This document shows positions 1 through 10,815 of a stretch of DNA of 64,000 bases, piece by piece. The stretch is from an uncultured Gemmatimonadaceae bacterium (lineage in GTDB: Bacteria > Gemmatimonadota > Gemmatimonadetes > Gemmatimonadales > Gemmatimonadaceae). Positions within the stretch are counted from its first letter, which is position 1, and each line of letters opens with the position of its first letter. The translations under genes and the position numbers were made by a program. Below the pieces are notes generated by a model. The model saw only the letters and a list, made by a program, of their open reading frames with translations. It did not search any database and was not told the origin of the DNA. Where the stretch lies: positions 2,496,001 through 2,560,000 of the forward strand of contig CAVUDW010000003.1 of NCBI GenBank assembly GCA_963740355.1, written 5' to 3'.

Positions 1-501
1 GTGGCGGGCGTCGGGACGTATGCGATGGAGCTGTTGCGGGCCGCGCCGGAGCTGAAGACCGTCTATGTCCCCATCGGGCTTGGGTCGGGCGCCTGCGGTG
101 TGATTGCCGCCAAGGCGGCGCTTGGTCATGGCTGTGAGATCGTCGGCGTCGTCTCGACCGAGGCGCCGGCGTATGCGCGGTCGCTCGAACTCGGCACTGC
201 CGTCTCCGCCCCCGTCACCACACGAATCGCCGATGGCATGGCCTGTCGCACCCCCGTTCCTGCAGCGCTCGATGTGCTCGCCGTCGGACTCGCGCGCGTG
301 GTGAGTGTCACCGATGACGAAGTCGAAGCCGCCATGCGCCACCTCTTTTCCGACACCCACAACGCCGCCGAAGGGGCGGGGGCGGCGGCGACGGCGGCCG
401 CGTTGAAGGAACGCGAGACTCTCGCAGATGAAATCGCTGTAATCCTCTGTGGTGGAAACGTCGATCGCGATGTCTTTGCGCGGGTGCTCGCCGCCGGCTG
501 A
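1..501 (+). CDS. PLP-dependent threonine/serine dehydratase family protein (5' truncated by window)
   Basis: Motifs VPIGLGSG, TTRIADGMACR, AEGAGAAA and ILCGGNVD are typical of the fold-type II dehydratase C-terminal half. Confidence 0.85.
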   Translation: MAGVGTYAMELLRAAPELKTVYVPIGLGSGACGVIAAKAALGHGCEIVGVVSTEAPAYARSLELGTAVSAPVTTRIADGMACRTPVPAALDVLAVGLARVVSVTDDEVEAAMRHLFSDTHNAAEGAGAAATAAALKERETLADEIAVILCGGNVDRDVFARVLAAG

Positions 502-605
502 GCAGCGCACGCGTCAGACACGCCTTCGCGCCACGTACACTCCCACGTCCAGCCCGCTCGGACGCCTGCCGATACTGAAAGCCTGATCCGCTGCCCACTC
601 AACCA

Positions 606-2219
606 GTGAGCGGCCTTCCAGGCATTTTCACGGCTGTTTCGCGGCGCTTTCCGGACGTTGTGACCACCCTTTCCCTGCGCGCACGCCTCTCCTTTGCCCT
701 CGTCGCCTCGCTGATTGCGGGGGGCGTGGCGTTGGCAGTTGGTGCGCACCACCTCGAAGCGCTGCATCAGCAGCGGCTCACGGTCTCCGATCGTGCGTTC
801 AGCCGAGCCGTGTGGGCGACGCTGGCGCTGGTCGCACTGGCCGCGAACGTGGGTGGATTGCTGGTGGTCGTGCTCACCACACGGACGCTCTCATCGCGCA
901 TCCTGCGGGTGCGTGACGCCGTTCTCGCGCTCGCGCATTCACACGAGCTTCGCGACACGCAGACGCAACTGCAGCTGATCACCGGTGCCTCGACCGAGGA
1001 TGAGTTCATCCCGCTGCACAACGCGGTCGTCGAGGCTCGCGCCCAGCTCAAGGCCGCGCTGACGCGGGTGCGGATGGAAGCTGATCGCAATCGCGCCATC
1101 GTCGACACCGTCTTTGCCAGCGTCTTCGCGGTGGATGGTGGCGGGCGCATTCTCAGCGCCAACCCTGCCGCGGCGACGATGTTCGGACGGCCGCTGTCCG
1201 GCCTCGTTGGTGCGGTCCTCTCGGATCTGCTCGCGACCGACTCGCTGCACATGACCGTCGACGATCTCGGCACCGTCAGCTTCGCCGGCTCGGAAACCGA
1301 GCGTCGTTTCACCACCCGGGTGCGCCTCTATGGACAGAGCGCGTTCCCGGCCGAAGTCGCAGTCACGCCGCTTGCCCTCGACGGCCAGCGCGCCTGGGCC
1401 GTCTTCGTCTACGACCTCACGGCGCGCTATCAGGCGGATGCCGCATTGGTCGAGGCACGTCTCGCTGCCGAAGTCGCGAACCGGGCCAAGTCGGCGTTCC
1501 TTGCCCGCATGAGCCATGAGCTGCGCACGCCGCTCAACTCGATGATCGGGTTCACGAAGATCGTTCGCCGCAGCAAGAGTTCCGATCTCAGCGAACGGGA
1601 TCGCCACTACCTCGATCGCGTGCAGGTCAGTAGCGAGCACCTGCTGGTGCTGGTGAGCGACATTCTCGATCTGTCGCACATCGAGTCAGGCAAGATCGAT
1701 CTTCAGCCGACCACCACCGACGTCTCGCAGATCGTGACCGCGATCGTGGAGCAGTTCGAGCCGCAGGTGGCAGATCGGCCGGTGGTGCTCGAGGCCAAAC
1801 TCCCCGACGTGCCGGCCATCGTCACGATCGACGCAACCCGGCTGCGGCAGGTGATCACGAACCTCGTCGGCAACGCGATCAAGTTCACCGCCCGCGGTGA
1901 GATCACCGTCAGCGTGCAGCTCAATCACGAAACCGGCCTCGCCAGCGCCATCACGGTGCACGATACCGGCATTGGAATTCCACTCGAACGCCAGTCACAC
2001 ATCTTCGAGTCGTTCGAGCAGGGCGACCTCGAAACCAGCGTCCGATACGGCGGCACAGGACTTGGCCTCGCGCTTTCGTGGCGTATCGCGCAGCAGATGG
2101 GATGTATGCTGAGCGTCGAGAGTATGCCGGGCGCCGGCAGCACCTTCACGCTTGCGTTCGGTCAGGCCGTGTCGCAGGGCGCGACGCTGACGACGCTCTC
2201 GAACAACGACGCCGCCTGA
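606..2219 (+). CDS. Membrane sensor histidine kinase (2 TM, PAS, HisKA, HATPase); true start may be downstream
   Basis: H-box ARMSHELRTPLN, N-box NLVGNAIKFT, G1 HDTGIGI, G2 YGGTGLGL; PAS-like NPAAATMFG. Confidence 0.9.
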   Translation: MSGLPGIFTAVSRRFPDVVTTLSLRARLSFALVASLIAGGVALAVGAHHLEALHQQRLTVSDRAFSRAVWATLALVALAANVGGLLVVVLTTRTLSSRILRVRDAVLALAHSHELRDTQTQLQLITGASTEDEFIPLHNAVVEARAQLKAALTRVRMEADRNRAIVDTVFASVFAVDGGGRILSANPAAATMFGRPLSGLVGAVLSDLLATDSLHMTVDDLGTVSFAGSETERRFTTRVRLYGQSAFPAEVAVTPLALDGQRAWAVFVYDLTARYQADAALVEARLAAEVANRAKSAFLARMSHELRTPLNSMIGFTKIVRRSKSSDLSERDRHYLDRVQVSSEHLLVLVSDILDLSHIESGKIDLQPTTTDVSQIVTAIVEQFEPQVADRPVVLEAKLPDVPAIVTIDATRLRQVITNLVGNAIKFTARGEITVSVQLNHETGLASAITVHDTGIGIPLERQSHIFESFEQGDLETSVRYGGTGLGLALSWRIAQQMGCMLSVESMPGAGSTFTLAFGQAVSQGATLTTLSNNDAA

Positions 2220-2274
2220 CGCGCGGGCCTGACAGCCGCGTCGCGCAGCCTGACGCTGGCGACCTGCAGGTGCT

Positions 2275-4401
2275 TTGTCGTATCGTGAGGCATGCCAATC
2301 GTCGAACGTGCAACACCGGCCACCGCAGCGCACCACTGAACTGCGCCGGTTCCTGCGCGACGACGAACGACGAACACTGACCGCCGCCACCCATCGCATC
2401 GTACTCGATCCGCCGCCGGATCTTGCCGCGAGGGTCGAGGATCGACTGGCCAGGCTGCCGTCCCACAAGATCGACGAAGTGCGCTCCGGCCTGCGGCTCT
2501 TTGGCGGCGCTGCTGCTGCGCTGGTCAGTGTGCAACGTCCCTCGCCATTTCACGCACTGTCCCCGGCGTTGCAGGATCGAATGCTGGCGGCATGGGGTGA
2601 GAGTTCGCTCGCGAAGGCTCGCACACTCTTCCAGCTGCTGCGTCGCGTGGTGCTCGTCACCCACTACGCGGACCCACGCACGCACGCAGCCATTGGCTAT
2701 CGCGGTGCCTTGCACACCCGCGATGTCGCGATGCCGTGGGAAGGCCCTGGACGCCCCCGCGCGACCGCGATATTCACAGAGGGCGACGAGCCAATCCTCC
2801 GCGCGCCGGCCCCCATTCCCGTGACCGCGGCCCGCGCCATCCCTGACGGCGTCGTGACCGCTGCCACCTTCCGCGACGCCGCGGTGATCACGGCTGACGC
2901 GATCGTGATCGGCTCCGGTGCCGGTGGTGGCGTCGCGGCCGCGCGGCTCGCCGAGGCGGGCAAGCGCGTCGTCATCCTCGAGTCGGGAGATTTTGTCCGC
3001 AGTGACGAATTTTCCGAGCTCGAAGGGCCGATGACCGAGCGGCTGTATGCCGATTGCGGGCTACGAGCGACCGATGACCTGGCCGTGTCGATGTTGCAGG
3101 GTACGGCGGTTGGTGGCGGGACGACGGTGAACTGGATGATCATGCTCCGCACCCCCGCGCATGTCCTCGACGAGTGGACGCGTCGCTTCGGACTCGAGGG
3201 CATGACCGGTGCACCGATGGCCGCCGAGTTTGCGCGGATCGAGGCTGAAGTGCACTCGCGGCGTGTGCCGGATGATGCACATTCGCCGAACAACCGCCTG
3301 CTCCTCGACGGTGCGCACATGCTCAACTGGCGTGTCGAGCCGGCGATGATCAACGCCCGCGGTTGCGTGCGGTCGGGGTTCTGCGGGATGGGTTGCCGAT
3401 ACGACGCCAAGCAGGGCACACAACAGACATACCTGCCGCGTGCACTCGCTCGGGGCGCCACGCTATATGCCAATACGCGCGCCGAGAAGATCGAGGTCGT
3501 GAAGGGACGCGACAGTGGTGCGAGGTCGATGCCCACGAAGCGGGTCACGGCGATCGTCAGCGATCCCCGGTCAGGGTCCAGCGGCCGCACCCTCATCCTC
3601 GAGGCACCGATCGTCATCGTCAGCGGTGGTGCGGTCGAGACGCCGTTGTTGCTGCAGCGATCCGGCATGGGCGGCGGCGGCGTGGGCAAGTATCTGCGCC
3701 TCCATCCGACCACCGCGGTGATCGGGGTGCACGACCTCGAGATCTACGGTGCTGCCGGCATCCCGCTCAGCGCGATGTGCGACGAGTTCCTGCGGCGTGA
3801 TGCCAACGGCTACGGCTTCTGGCTCGAGTGTCCACCGCTGCATCCATCCGTCGGCTCGGCCGCGATCTCCGGGTTTGGTGCGGCGCATGCTGCGATGATG
3901 CACCGTTTCCCGCATCTGTCATCCACGATCGCGCTCACGCGTGACGGCAGCGACATCGATCACTCGAGTGGCAGCGTCACGCTCGATGGGAAGGGTCGGC
4001 CGCGCATCCACTACGCGCTCGGTGACAGCGACACCGTCAACGTCATCTCGTCGATCGAAGCCGCGGTTCGGCTGCAGCTGGCGGCTGGTGCACGCGAGGT
4101 GCACACACTGCACAGCACACCGATCGTCATCCGGAACGTCAGTGAGCTCGATCAGATTCGCGCCCGTCGCGTGGATGCCAACCGACTGACGCTCTTCAGT
4201 GCACACGTCAACGGCACCGCACGCATCGGGACCGACCCTGATACCAGCGGCGTCACGCCCACCGGCGAGCGGCATGGCGTGCGCGGCGTGTATGTGTTCG
4301 ACGGGTCGATGCTCCCCACCGGCGTCGGCGTGAACCCGCAGGAAACCATCATGGCCATGACCAGCATGCTCACCGATCGACTCCTCGCGCGCTGGCCCTG
4401 A
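2275..4401 (+). CDS. GMC family flavin oxidoreductase (long-chain alcohol oxidase-like)
   Basis: FAD motif IVIGSGAGGG, GTAVGGGTTVN, Cys cluster CVRSGFCGMGC, C-terminal SAHVNGT and GVNPQETI. Confidence 0.88.
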   Translation: MSYREACQSSNVQHRPPQRTTELRRFLRDDERRTLTAATHRIVLDPPPDLAARVEDRLARLPSHKIDEVRSGLRLFGGAAAALVSVQRPSPFHALSPALQDRMLAAWGESSLAKARTLFQLLRRVVLVTHYADPRTHAAIGYRGALHTRDVAMPWEGPGRPRATAIFTEGDEPILRAPAPIPVTAARAIPDGVVTAATFRDAAVITADAIVIGSGAGGGVAAARLAEAGKRVVILESGDFVRSDEFSELEGPMTERLYADCGLRATDDLAVSMLQGTAVGGGTTVNWMIMLRTPAHVLDEWTRRFGLEGMTGAPMAAEFARIEAEVHSRRVPDDAHSPNNRLLLDGAHMLNWRVEPAMINARGCVRSGFCGMGCRYDAKQGTQQTYLPRALARGATLYANTRAEKIEVVKGRDSGARSMPTKRVTAIVSDPRSGSSGRTLILEAPIVIVSGGAVETPLLLQRSGMGGGGVGKYLRLHPTTAVIGVHDLEIYGAAGIPLSAMCDEFLRRDANGYGFWLECPPLHPSVGSAAISGFGAAHAAMMHRFPHLSSTIALTRDGSDIDHSSGSVTLDGKGRPRIHYALGDSDTVNVISSIEAAVRLQLAAGAREVHTLHSTPIVIRNVSELDQIRARRVDANRLTLFSAHVNGTARIGTDPDTSGVTPTGERHGVRGVYVFDGSMLPTGVGVNPQETIMAMTSMLTDRLLARWP

Positions 4402-5363
4402 TGCCCAAGTCACGCCCTTCGGCGTACCTCACCCGCCGCCACACCGATGCCGTCGAAACCGCCTGGGCGGAGCATTTCGACGTCAGCCTCAACGTCGGCG
4501 ATGTGCCGCGCACGCAGGCGGAGCTGATCATCGCCATGAATCACTGCGATGTGATGGTGCCGATCGTCGGTGATCCGTTCGACGAACAGCTCTTTCATCA
4601 CGCGCCGTATCGCGCCACGCTGATTGCGAACGTTGGTGTCGGCGTCAATCACATCGACCTCAGCGCCGCAGCGCGCGCTGGCATCGCTGTCACCAACACC
4701 CCCGATGTGCTGACCGATGACACCGCCGACATCGCCATCGCGCTGATCCTGATGGCGTCGCGACGGTTGGGTGAGGGCGAGCGTCTCGTGCGCGCCAACC
4801 GCTGGCACGGACTCGCCCCCACGCACCACCTTGGCCACACGCTGCGCGGCAGGACGCTTGGCATCGTCGGTTACGGTCGCATCGGCCGGGCCGTGGCCGA
4901 TCGCGCACGTGCATTCGGACTGAAGGTCCAATGGGTCGGCCGCGCCGGCGGTTCGGTGCCTGCCGATCACGAGATGGCCGCCTCGCTCGACGAACTGCTG
5001 GCCACCAGCGATATCGTCTCGTTGCACGCGCCCGCCACGCCGGACTCCTACCATCTGCTGAATGCGGAGCGCCTGGCATCGATGAAGCCCGGGAGCATCC
5101 TGGTGAACACCGCGCGCGGGGCGCTGATCGATGAGCGCGCCCTGACCGAGGTCCTGCGTTCCGGCCACCTGTTTGCGGCCGGCCTCGATGTGCATGAGTT
5201 CGAGCCGAAGATCAATCAGGGCCTGATCGGCCTCGAGAATGTCGTCCTCCTGCCGCACCTCGGCAGCGCCACCGAGGAGACGCGGACGGCGATGGGACTG
5301 CGGGCGCTCGACAACGCGCTCCAGTGGGTGGCAGGTCGCCCGCCGCGGGATCGCGTCGTCTAG
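4401..5363 (+). CDS. D-isomer-specific 2-hydroxyacid dehydrogenase (glyoxylate/D-glycerate reductase-like)
   Basis: NTPDVLT, GIVGYGRIG (NAD binding), VNTARG, GLDVHEFEP, LPHLGSAT; overlaps the upstream stop (TGATG). Confidence 0.92.
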   Translation: MPKSRPSAYLTRRHTDAVETAWAEHFDVSLNVGDVPRTQAELIIAMNHCDVMVPIVGDPFDEQLFHHAPYRATLIANVGVGVNHIDLSAAARAGIAVTNTPDVLTDDTADIAIALILMASRRLGEGERLVRANRWHGLAPTHHLGHTLRGRTLGIVGYGRIGRAVADRARAFGLKVQWVGRAGGSVPADHEMAASLDELLATSDIVSLHAPATPDSYHLLNAERLASMKPGSILVNTARGALIDERALTEVLRSGHLFAAGLDVHEFEPKINQGLIGLENVVLLPHLGSATEETRTAMGLRALDNALQWVAGRPPRDRVV

Positions 5364-5495
5364 CGCCATCACCGTGGGGGCGCTCCGCCACTCGGCAAAC
5401 TCGACCGTGGTATCAGAGCGGGCCGCGACCTCGTAACTTTCGAGGACTGCGCCGCGCTTTCTGCGCATTTCTGCGTCCTCGTCGCCTGCCATCCC

Positions 5496-7509
5496 GTGAC
5501 CGCCCTCGCCGCTCCAGCGTCGCTCGACCTGCTCGCCATCAACACCATTCGCACACTCGCCATGGACGCTGTGCAGCGCGCGGAGTCGGGACATCCCGGC
5601 ACTCCGATGGCGCTCGCGCCCCTGGTCTATCGTCTCTTCACGACGCACATGCGTCACGATCCCGAAGGCGCCGCATTGGCCCGATCGTGATCGCTTCGTG
5701 CTGTCGGTCGGTCACGCGTCGATGGTGCTGTACGGCGCACTGTACATGAGTGGCTACGGCGCTGACGCTCGACGACATCAAGAACTTCCGTCAGTGGGAA
5801 TCGCTGACACCGGGCATCCGGAAGTGGGTCACACGGTCGGCGTCGAGACGACCACGGGACCGCTCGGCCAGGGTGTGGCGAACGCCGTCGGCATGGCGAT
5901 GGCCGAGGCACATCTCGCCGCGGTCACGAACAGCGCTGATCACACTGTGGTCGATCACTACACCTATTTCATCGCAGGTGATGGCTGCCTGATGGAAGGC
6001 ATCAGTCACGAAGCGGCGTCGCTTGCGGGTCACCAGAAGCTGGGCAAGCTGATTGGCTTCTACGACGACAATCGCATCACGATCGATGGCAGCACCGACA
6101 TCGCATTGAGCGATGATGCGGCGCAGCGTTTCGCGTCCTACGGCTGGCAGGTGTTGCACATCTCGGATGTGAACGACCTCGCCGAGATCGATGCGGCGGT
6201 CGCTGCGGCAAAGGCGGAACATGGTCGTCCGACGATGATCATCACCCGCACCGTGATCGGCTTCGGCAGCCCCAATCGCGCTGGTACGGCAAAGGCCCAC
6301 GGCGAGCCGCTGGGCGCGGAAGAGATCATCAAGTCGAAGGATGCGCTGGGTTGGGTGTCACACGAACCGTTCTTCGTGCCGGAAGAGGCGCGTGCGCACT
6401 GGGCGTCGCTGATCGCCGAGCGCGCGACGACGCATGCCGATTGGGAGGCGCGGTTCGCTGCCTTCACGGCGGCCAATGCCGCGGCGTCGCAGGACTTCAT
6501 CCGTCGCATGTCCGGTGATTTGCCCGCAGGCTGGGACGTGTCGCTGCCGACGTTCACCGCGGAAACCGGCACGGTCGCCAGTCGTGCCGCATCTGGTGCG
6601 GTGCTCAACGCCATCGGTGGCAACATTCCGGAATTGATCGGCGGATCGGCCGACCTCTCCGGCTCGAACCTCACGCTGCGCAAGGGTGACCAGACGTACA
6701 GCGCCACCAATCGCGGCGCACGCTACATCCATTACGGTGTGCGTGAACATGCGATGGGCGCGATCATGAACGGGCTCGCGTTGCACGGTGGCGTGGTGCC
6801 GTACTCCGGCACCTTCCTCGTGTTCAGTGATTACATGCGCCCGGCCATTCGTCTCGCGGCGCTGATGAAGACGCGTGCGATCTATGTCTTCACGCACGAC
6901 TCGATCGGCCTTGGCGAGGATGGTCCGACGCACCAGCCCATCGAGCACCTGTCGGCGCTGCGTTCGATCCCGAACCTGCTCGTCTTCCGGCCGGCCGATG
7001 CGACCGAGGTGTCGGAGTGCTGGCGCGCCGCGATCGAACATCGCACCGGTCCCAGTGCCATCGCGCTGTCACGCCAGAAGCTTCCATTCCTCGACATCCC
7101 GGTCGAGACCGCACGGGCGGGCGTGGCACATGGCGCGTATGTGCTGGCCGATTCGCCGTCCGCTCCCAAGCTGGTGCTGCTGGCGACGGGCAGCGAAGTG
7201 AGCCTGGCGCTCAAGGTGCGTGATGCCCTCGCCACCGCAGGCGTGCCGGCGCGGGTCGTCAGTGTGCCGTCGATGGAGCGGTTCATGGCCACCGACGCCT
7301 CGTATCAGGCGAGTGTGCTTCCGGCCGGCGTTCCGCGCCTTGCCATCGAAGCTGGCCACTCCATGTCGTGGTGGCACCTGATCGCCGGTCAGGGCGATGT
7401 CGTGAGCATCGACCACTTCGGCGCCTCTGCACCCGCAGACAGGCTCTACAAGGAATTTGGGCTCAGCGTGGACGCCATTACGGCCCGCGCTGTTAAAATG
7501 GTCTCATAA
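5496..7509 (+). CDS. tkt: Transketolase (three apparent single-base indels near 5662, 5760 and 5812, probably sequencing errors)
   Basis: SGHPGTPM, (W)PDRDRFVLSVGH, GHPEVGHTVGVETTTGPLGQG, GDGCLMEG, YGVREHAM and GEDGPTHQP are spread over three frames. Confidence 0.95.
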
Positions 7510-7665
7510 TTCACCAAAATTGCTGGGCTGTGGCGGAACGGGTAAAACGTTCCGCCACAGTGATTTACGGCGGGATGGGGTTGACGTTCGGTGGGTAGCT
7601 GATTCGTATTAGCAAGCAAGTCCGACGTCGGACGCCGACACCCGCCGCGCACGTTCCGATCCCCG

Positions 7666-8907
7666 ATGAACACGATCGCACTGGCAGTGCCCGCGGTTGT
7701 TGCGCTGGAGGTCCTGGCTGCCTGGGGACTGGCCTGGCTCTGTTGGCGACTCGGTACCCGTCGAAACCTGCTCGCGCTGCGCGATATATCACGTGCGTTC
7801 ATTGCGCTTGGTGCCGCAGCGCTGGTGCAGCTGATCGATATCGGCGGGCTGTCGAATGTCGAAATCGCCGCCCTCGACATCGCGCGATCAGCATCGATCT
7901 GGATGTACCTCGGCTTCATGGTGCTGGGCGCCGCCGAGCTCTCGACCAACAACTTCGTCACCGACAAGGTCAGGCGAGACGCGGTCTTCGGTGCCACGTT
8001 CGCTGGCTTGATGACTGCGGGCATCAGCCTGGTGGCGGCGCATGATGCGATTGCGCAGGACATGATCCGCAACGCACTGCGCGCCGGTGGTACGGGCGTG
8101 GCATGCCTGATCATTGCGCGAGTCGTGGCGCGGTCCCCATCGCCGCCACAGATGGTGTTGGGTGCGAGCGTAGTGCGTGTCGCACTGGCAATTGTCGCGG
8201 CGCTCGCGATCGTGCGCGCTGGCATCGCCATCTCGCACGGTTTCTCACCGACGGTCGATGGCATCGACTGGCGCCCGCTGCTCACGATTGAATTCCTCGC
8301 GCACTGCACACTCTGCGTGGGGCTCGTGATCTGGATGCTCGATCGTGACTGGGCGTTTGCCGATGCATCGATCATGTCCGCCGAGCATCGGGCCGCCAGT
8401 GATGCCCTCACCGGTCTGCCAAATCGCACGATCGTGATGGATCGACTCGACCAGGCGGTGAGCGCGGCGAAGCGGGCGGGCACCAATGTCGGCGTGTTGT
8501 ACATCGACCTCGATCAGTTCAAGGAAGTGAATGATCGTCATGGGCACCTGGCCGGCGATGATGTGCTGAAGGCGATTGGCGCGCGCCTACAGTCGCTGCT
8601 GCGTTCATCGGACACGGTAGGACGCATGGGTGGTGACGAATTCGTTGCCATCTCCCCATTCCTTCGCAGCAGCTCCGACCTCGAAGTCGTGATCAACAAG
8701 GTGCGCGAGGCTCTGCGGCACGTGGTCGTGCATGAGGGCGTCGAGATCGACGTCGATGGCAGCGTTGGCGCGGCCCTGTTCCCGCGTGACGGCGACACGC
8801 CCACCGCGTTGCTGGCGATCTCCGATAGTGAGCTCTATCGCGACAAGAGTGCCCGTCAGGTCGCGCGCCGATCCACCAGCGCTCGTCAGTCGATTCGACT
8901 GGCCTGA
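7666..8907 (+). CDS. Multi-pass membrane diguanylate cyclase
   Basis: About 7 hydrophobic segments followed by DALTGLPNR, DLDQFKEVND and RSSDTVGRMGGDEF (intact GGDEF with RxxD I-site). Confidence 0.92.
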   Translation: MNTIALAVPAVVALEVLAAWGLAWLCWRLGTRRNLLALRDISRAFIALGAAALVQLIDIGGLSNVEIAALDIARSASIWMYLGFMVLGAAELSTNNFVTDKVRRDAVFGATFAGLMTAGISLVAAHDAIAQDMIRNALRAGGTGVACLIIARVVARSPSPPQMVLGASVVRVALAIVAALAIVRAGIAISHGFSPTVDGIDWRPLLTIEFLAHCTLCVGLVIWMLDRDWAFADASIMSAEHRAASDALTGLPNRTIVMDRLDQAVSAAKRAGTNVGVLYIDLDQFKEVNDRHGHLAGDDVLKAIGARLQSLLRSSDTVGRMGGDEFVAISPFLRSSSDLEVVINKVREALRHVVVHEGVEIDVDGSVGAALFPRDGDTPTALLAISDSELYRDKSARQVARRSTSARQSIRLA

Positions 8908-8961
8908 CGAAACCTGGCGCGACGCAGGAACCGGCACTGCCTCGCGCGGTGTTGACCAGCT

Positions 8962-10581
8962 GTGACGAACGCACCTACCCGATCCACCCCATCATCGAGA
9001 CCTGCTCGCGACACCGGCGCCACGACACTGGTGTTCGTCGCGCCATGGGAGTGTTCTCGCGCCGTCGCACAGCTGCCGCGCACTCCTGACGACTCGATCA
9101 TCGTCTCCTTCATCGAGTCGGTGGACAAGGGGAGCGCGCTTCCCTGGCATCGACAGAAGCTGGTGCTGGTGCTGTCGGCGATGCGCCACTTCGCCGATGC
9201 GCTGATCGCCGCGGGATATCGCGTCGATTATCGCTCTGCGCCGAGTTATGAGGTTGGCATCGCGGCCGCGGCGGCGCAGCATGGCGTACAGCGCGTGGTT
9301 GCCACGGAAGGGCGCGAGCAACAGATGGCCGAAGAGCTGGAGCACGTCGGTTACGCGCTGCAGGCGCTCGGTGTGCCGCTCGAGCTGCGACCTGATCGCG
9401 GCTTCCTCGCCACCCGTGAGGAGTTTTCTCGGTGGTCGAAAGGCAAGAAGGAACTCCGCATGGAGTTCTTCTATCGTGAGATGCGTCGGAAGCATGGCAT
9501 CCTGATCGAGCCGGATGGCAAGCCGACCGGTGGCGAGTGGAATTTTGACGCCGACAACCGCAAGCCGTGGCCAAAGACGCTACCGGTGCCGGAGCGGATG
9601 ACCTTCACACCTGATCAGGTCACGCGCGACATCATGGCGCGGGTGAACGGTTGGAAGGGTCGCTGGGCCTCGAGCGAGGGTTTCTCGCTGCCCGTCACTC
9701 GCGCTGATGCCAAGCTGCTGCTCGAACGCTTCGTGACCGAGCGCCTGCCGCAGTTCGGCCCGTACGAAGACGCGATGCAGCATGGCCACAGCGACTTGCT
9801 GCACTCGACACTCGCGTCCGCGATCAACGTTGGACTGTTGCACCCACTCGAGGTGGTGCAGCGGGCGGAGCGCGCCTACCGCGAGGGCCACGTCGAGTTG
9901 CCGAGCGCGGAGGGATTCATTCGCCAGATCCTTGGCTGGCGCGAGTACGTACGCGGCATCTACTGGCACCAGATGCCCGGCCTGCGCGAGGCCAACGCCC
10001 TCGATGCCTGGCTGCCGTTACCGATGTGGTTCTGGGCACCGGATGGAGAAGCGGGTTACGACGACAAGCCCGCATCAGCGCCCTGCGAGATGCGTTGCCT
10101 CAACGACACGATCCGCTCCGTGCGCGACACGGGTCGAGTGCATCACATCCCGCGCCTGATGGTGCAGGCGAACTTCGCGACGCTGCTCGGTGTCACCCCG
10201 GCCGCCCTCAATCGCTGGTTCTGGGCGGGCTTCACCGACGCCTACGAGTGGGTCACCCTCCCCAACGTCGTCGGCATGGCCACCTGGGGCGACGGCGGCG
10301 TGATGGCCTCCAAGCCCTACGTCGCGAGTGGTGCGTACATCAACCGCATGAGCAACTACTGCGGCGAGTGTCGCTACGACGTGAAGAAGAAGGACGGTGA
10401 CGATGCCTGTCCAATGAACATCCTCTACTGGGACTTCCTCGCTCGTCACCGCGAACGTTTCGCGAATCATCCGCGGATGGCGATGATGATTCGCAACCTC
10501 GATCGCATTCCATCCGCCGAGCTAGTCCAACTCCGCCGCGCCGCAACCACCTTTCGCGACTCGATCAGCTACGACACGTAG
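8962..10581 (+). CDS. Cryptochrome/photolyase family protein, FeS-BCP (PhrB/CryB-like) class
   Basis: HRQKLVLVLSAMRHFA, RMEFFYREMR, GGEWNFDADNR, HHIPRLM, DAYEWV, SKPYVASGAYINRMSNYC; four putative Fe-S Cys (MRC, YCGEC, ACP). Confidence 0.93.
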   Translation: MTNAPTRSTPSSRPARDTGATTLVFVAPWECSRAVAQLPRTPDDSIIVSFIESVDKGSALPWHRQKLVLVLSAMRHFADALIAAGYRVDYRSAPSYEVGIAAAAAQHGVQRVVATEGREQQMAEELEHVGYALQALGVPLELRPDRGFLATREEFSRWSKGKKELRMEFFYREMRRKHGILIEPDGKPTGGEWNFDADNRKPWPKTLPVPERMTFTPDQVTRDIMARVNGWKGRWASSEGFSLPVTRADAKLLLERFVTERLPQFGPYEDAMQHGHSDLLHSTLASAINVGLLHPLEVVQRAERAYREGHVELPSAEGFIRQILGWREYVRGIYWHQMPGLREANALDAWLPLPMWFWAPDGEAGYDDKPASAPCEMRCLNDTIRSVRDTGRVHHIPRLMVQANFATLLGVTPAALNRWFWAGFTDAYEWVTLPNVVGMATWGDGGVMASKPYVASGAYINRMSNYCGECRYDVKKKDGDDACPMNILYWDFLARHRERFANHPRMAMMIRNLDRIPSAELVQLRRAATTFRDSISYDT

Positions 10582-10702
10582 TGCTGGATTGCGTGACGAG
10601 CAAGCGCTGGGAAGCACGACTGCTTTGATCTGGTGCAGTACTGCACCCCCGCGAGTGCATCATTTTCGTCCCGGATAACGCCACGACCGTGTGCAGTACA
10701 CT

Positions 10703-10787
10703 GGGCGAAAGCGCAGCGTCGCCGCGCCGATTGCTGCGCTACTCCGCGGCTCCGCGTCCCCCGCGGCTCCGCGTGAGGACGTGTGGA
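10703..10787. repeat. Repeat family C, single copy
   Basis: GGGCGAAAGCGCAGCGTCGCC and CTCCGCGTCCCCCGCGGCTCCGCGTGAGG blocks recur at 23255-23326 (reverse) and 23537-23612. Confidence 0.85.
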
Positions 10788-10815
10788 AGTCACTCGCCGA
10801 CACGGCGCCAAGTCT

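Noticed and set aside
5496..5830. tkt pseudogene or programmed frameshifting
   Set aside because: Three single-base indels in short C/G runs of a central metabolic gene with otherwise intact motifs fit long-read error.
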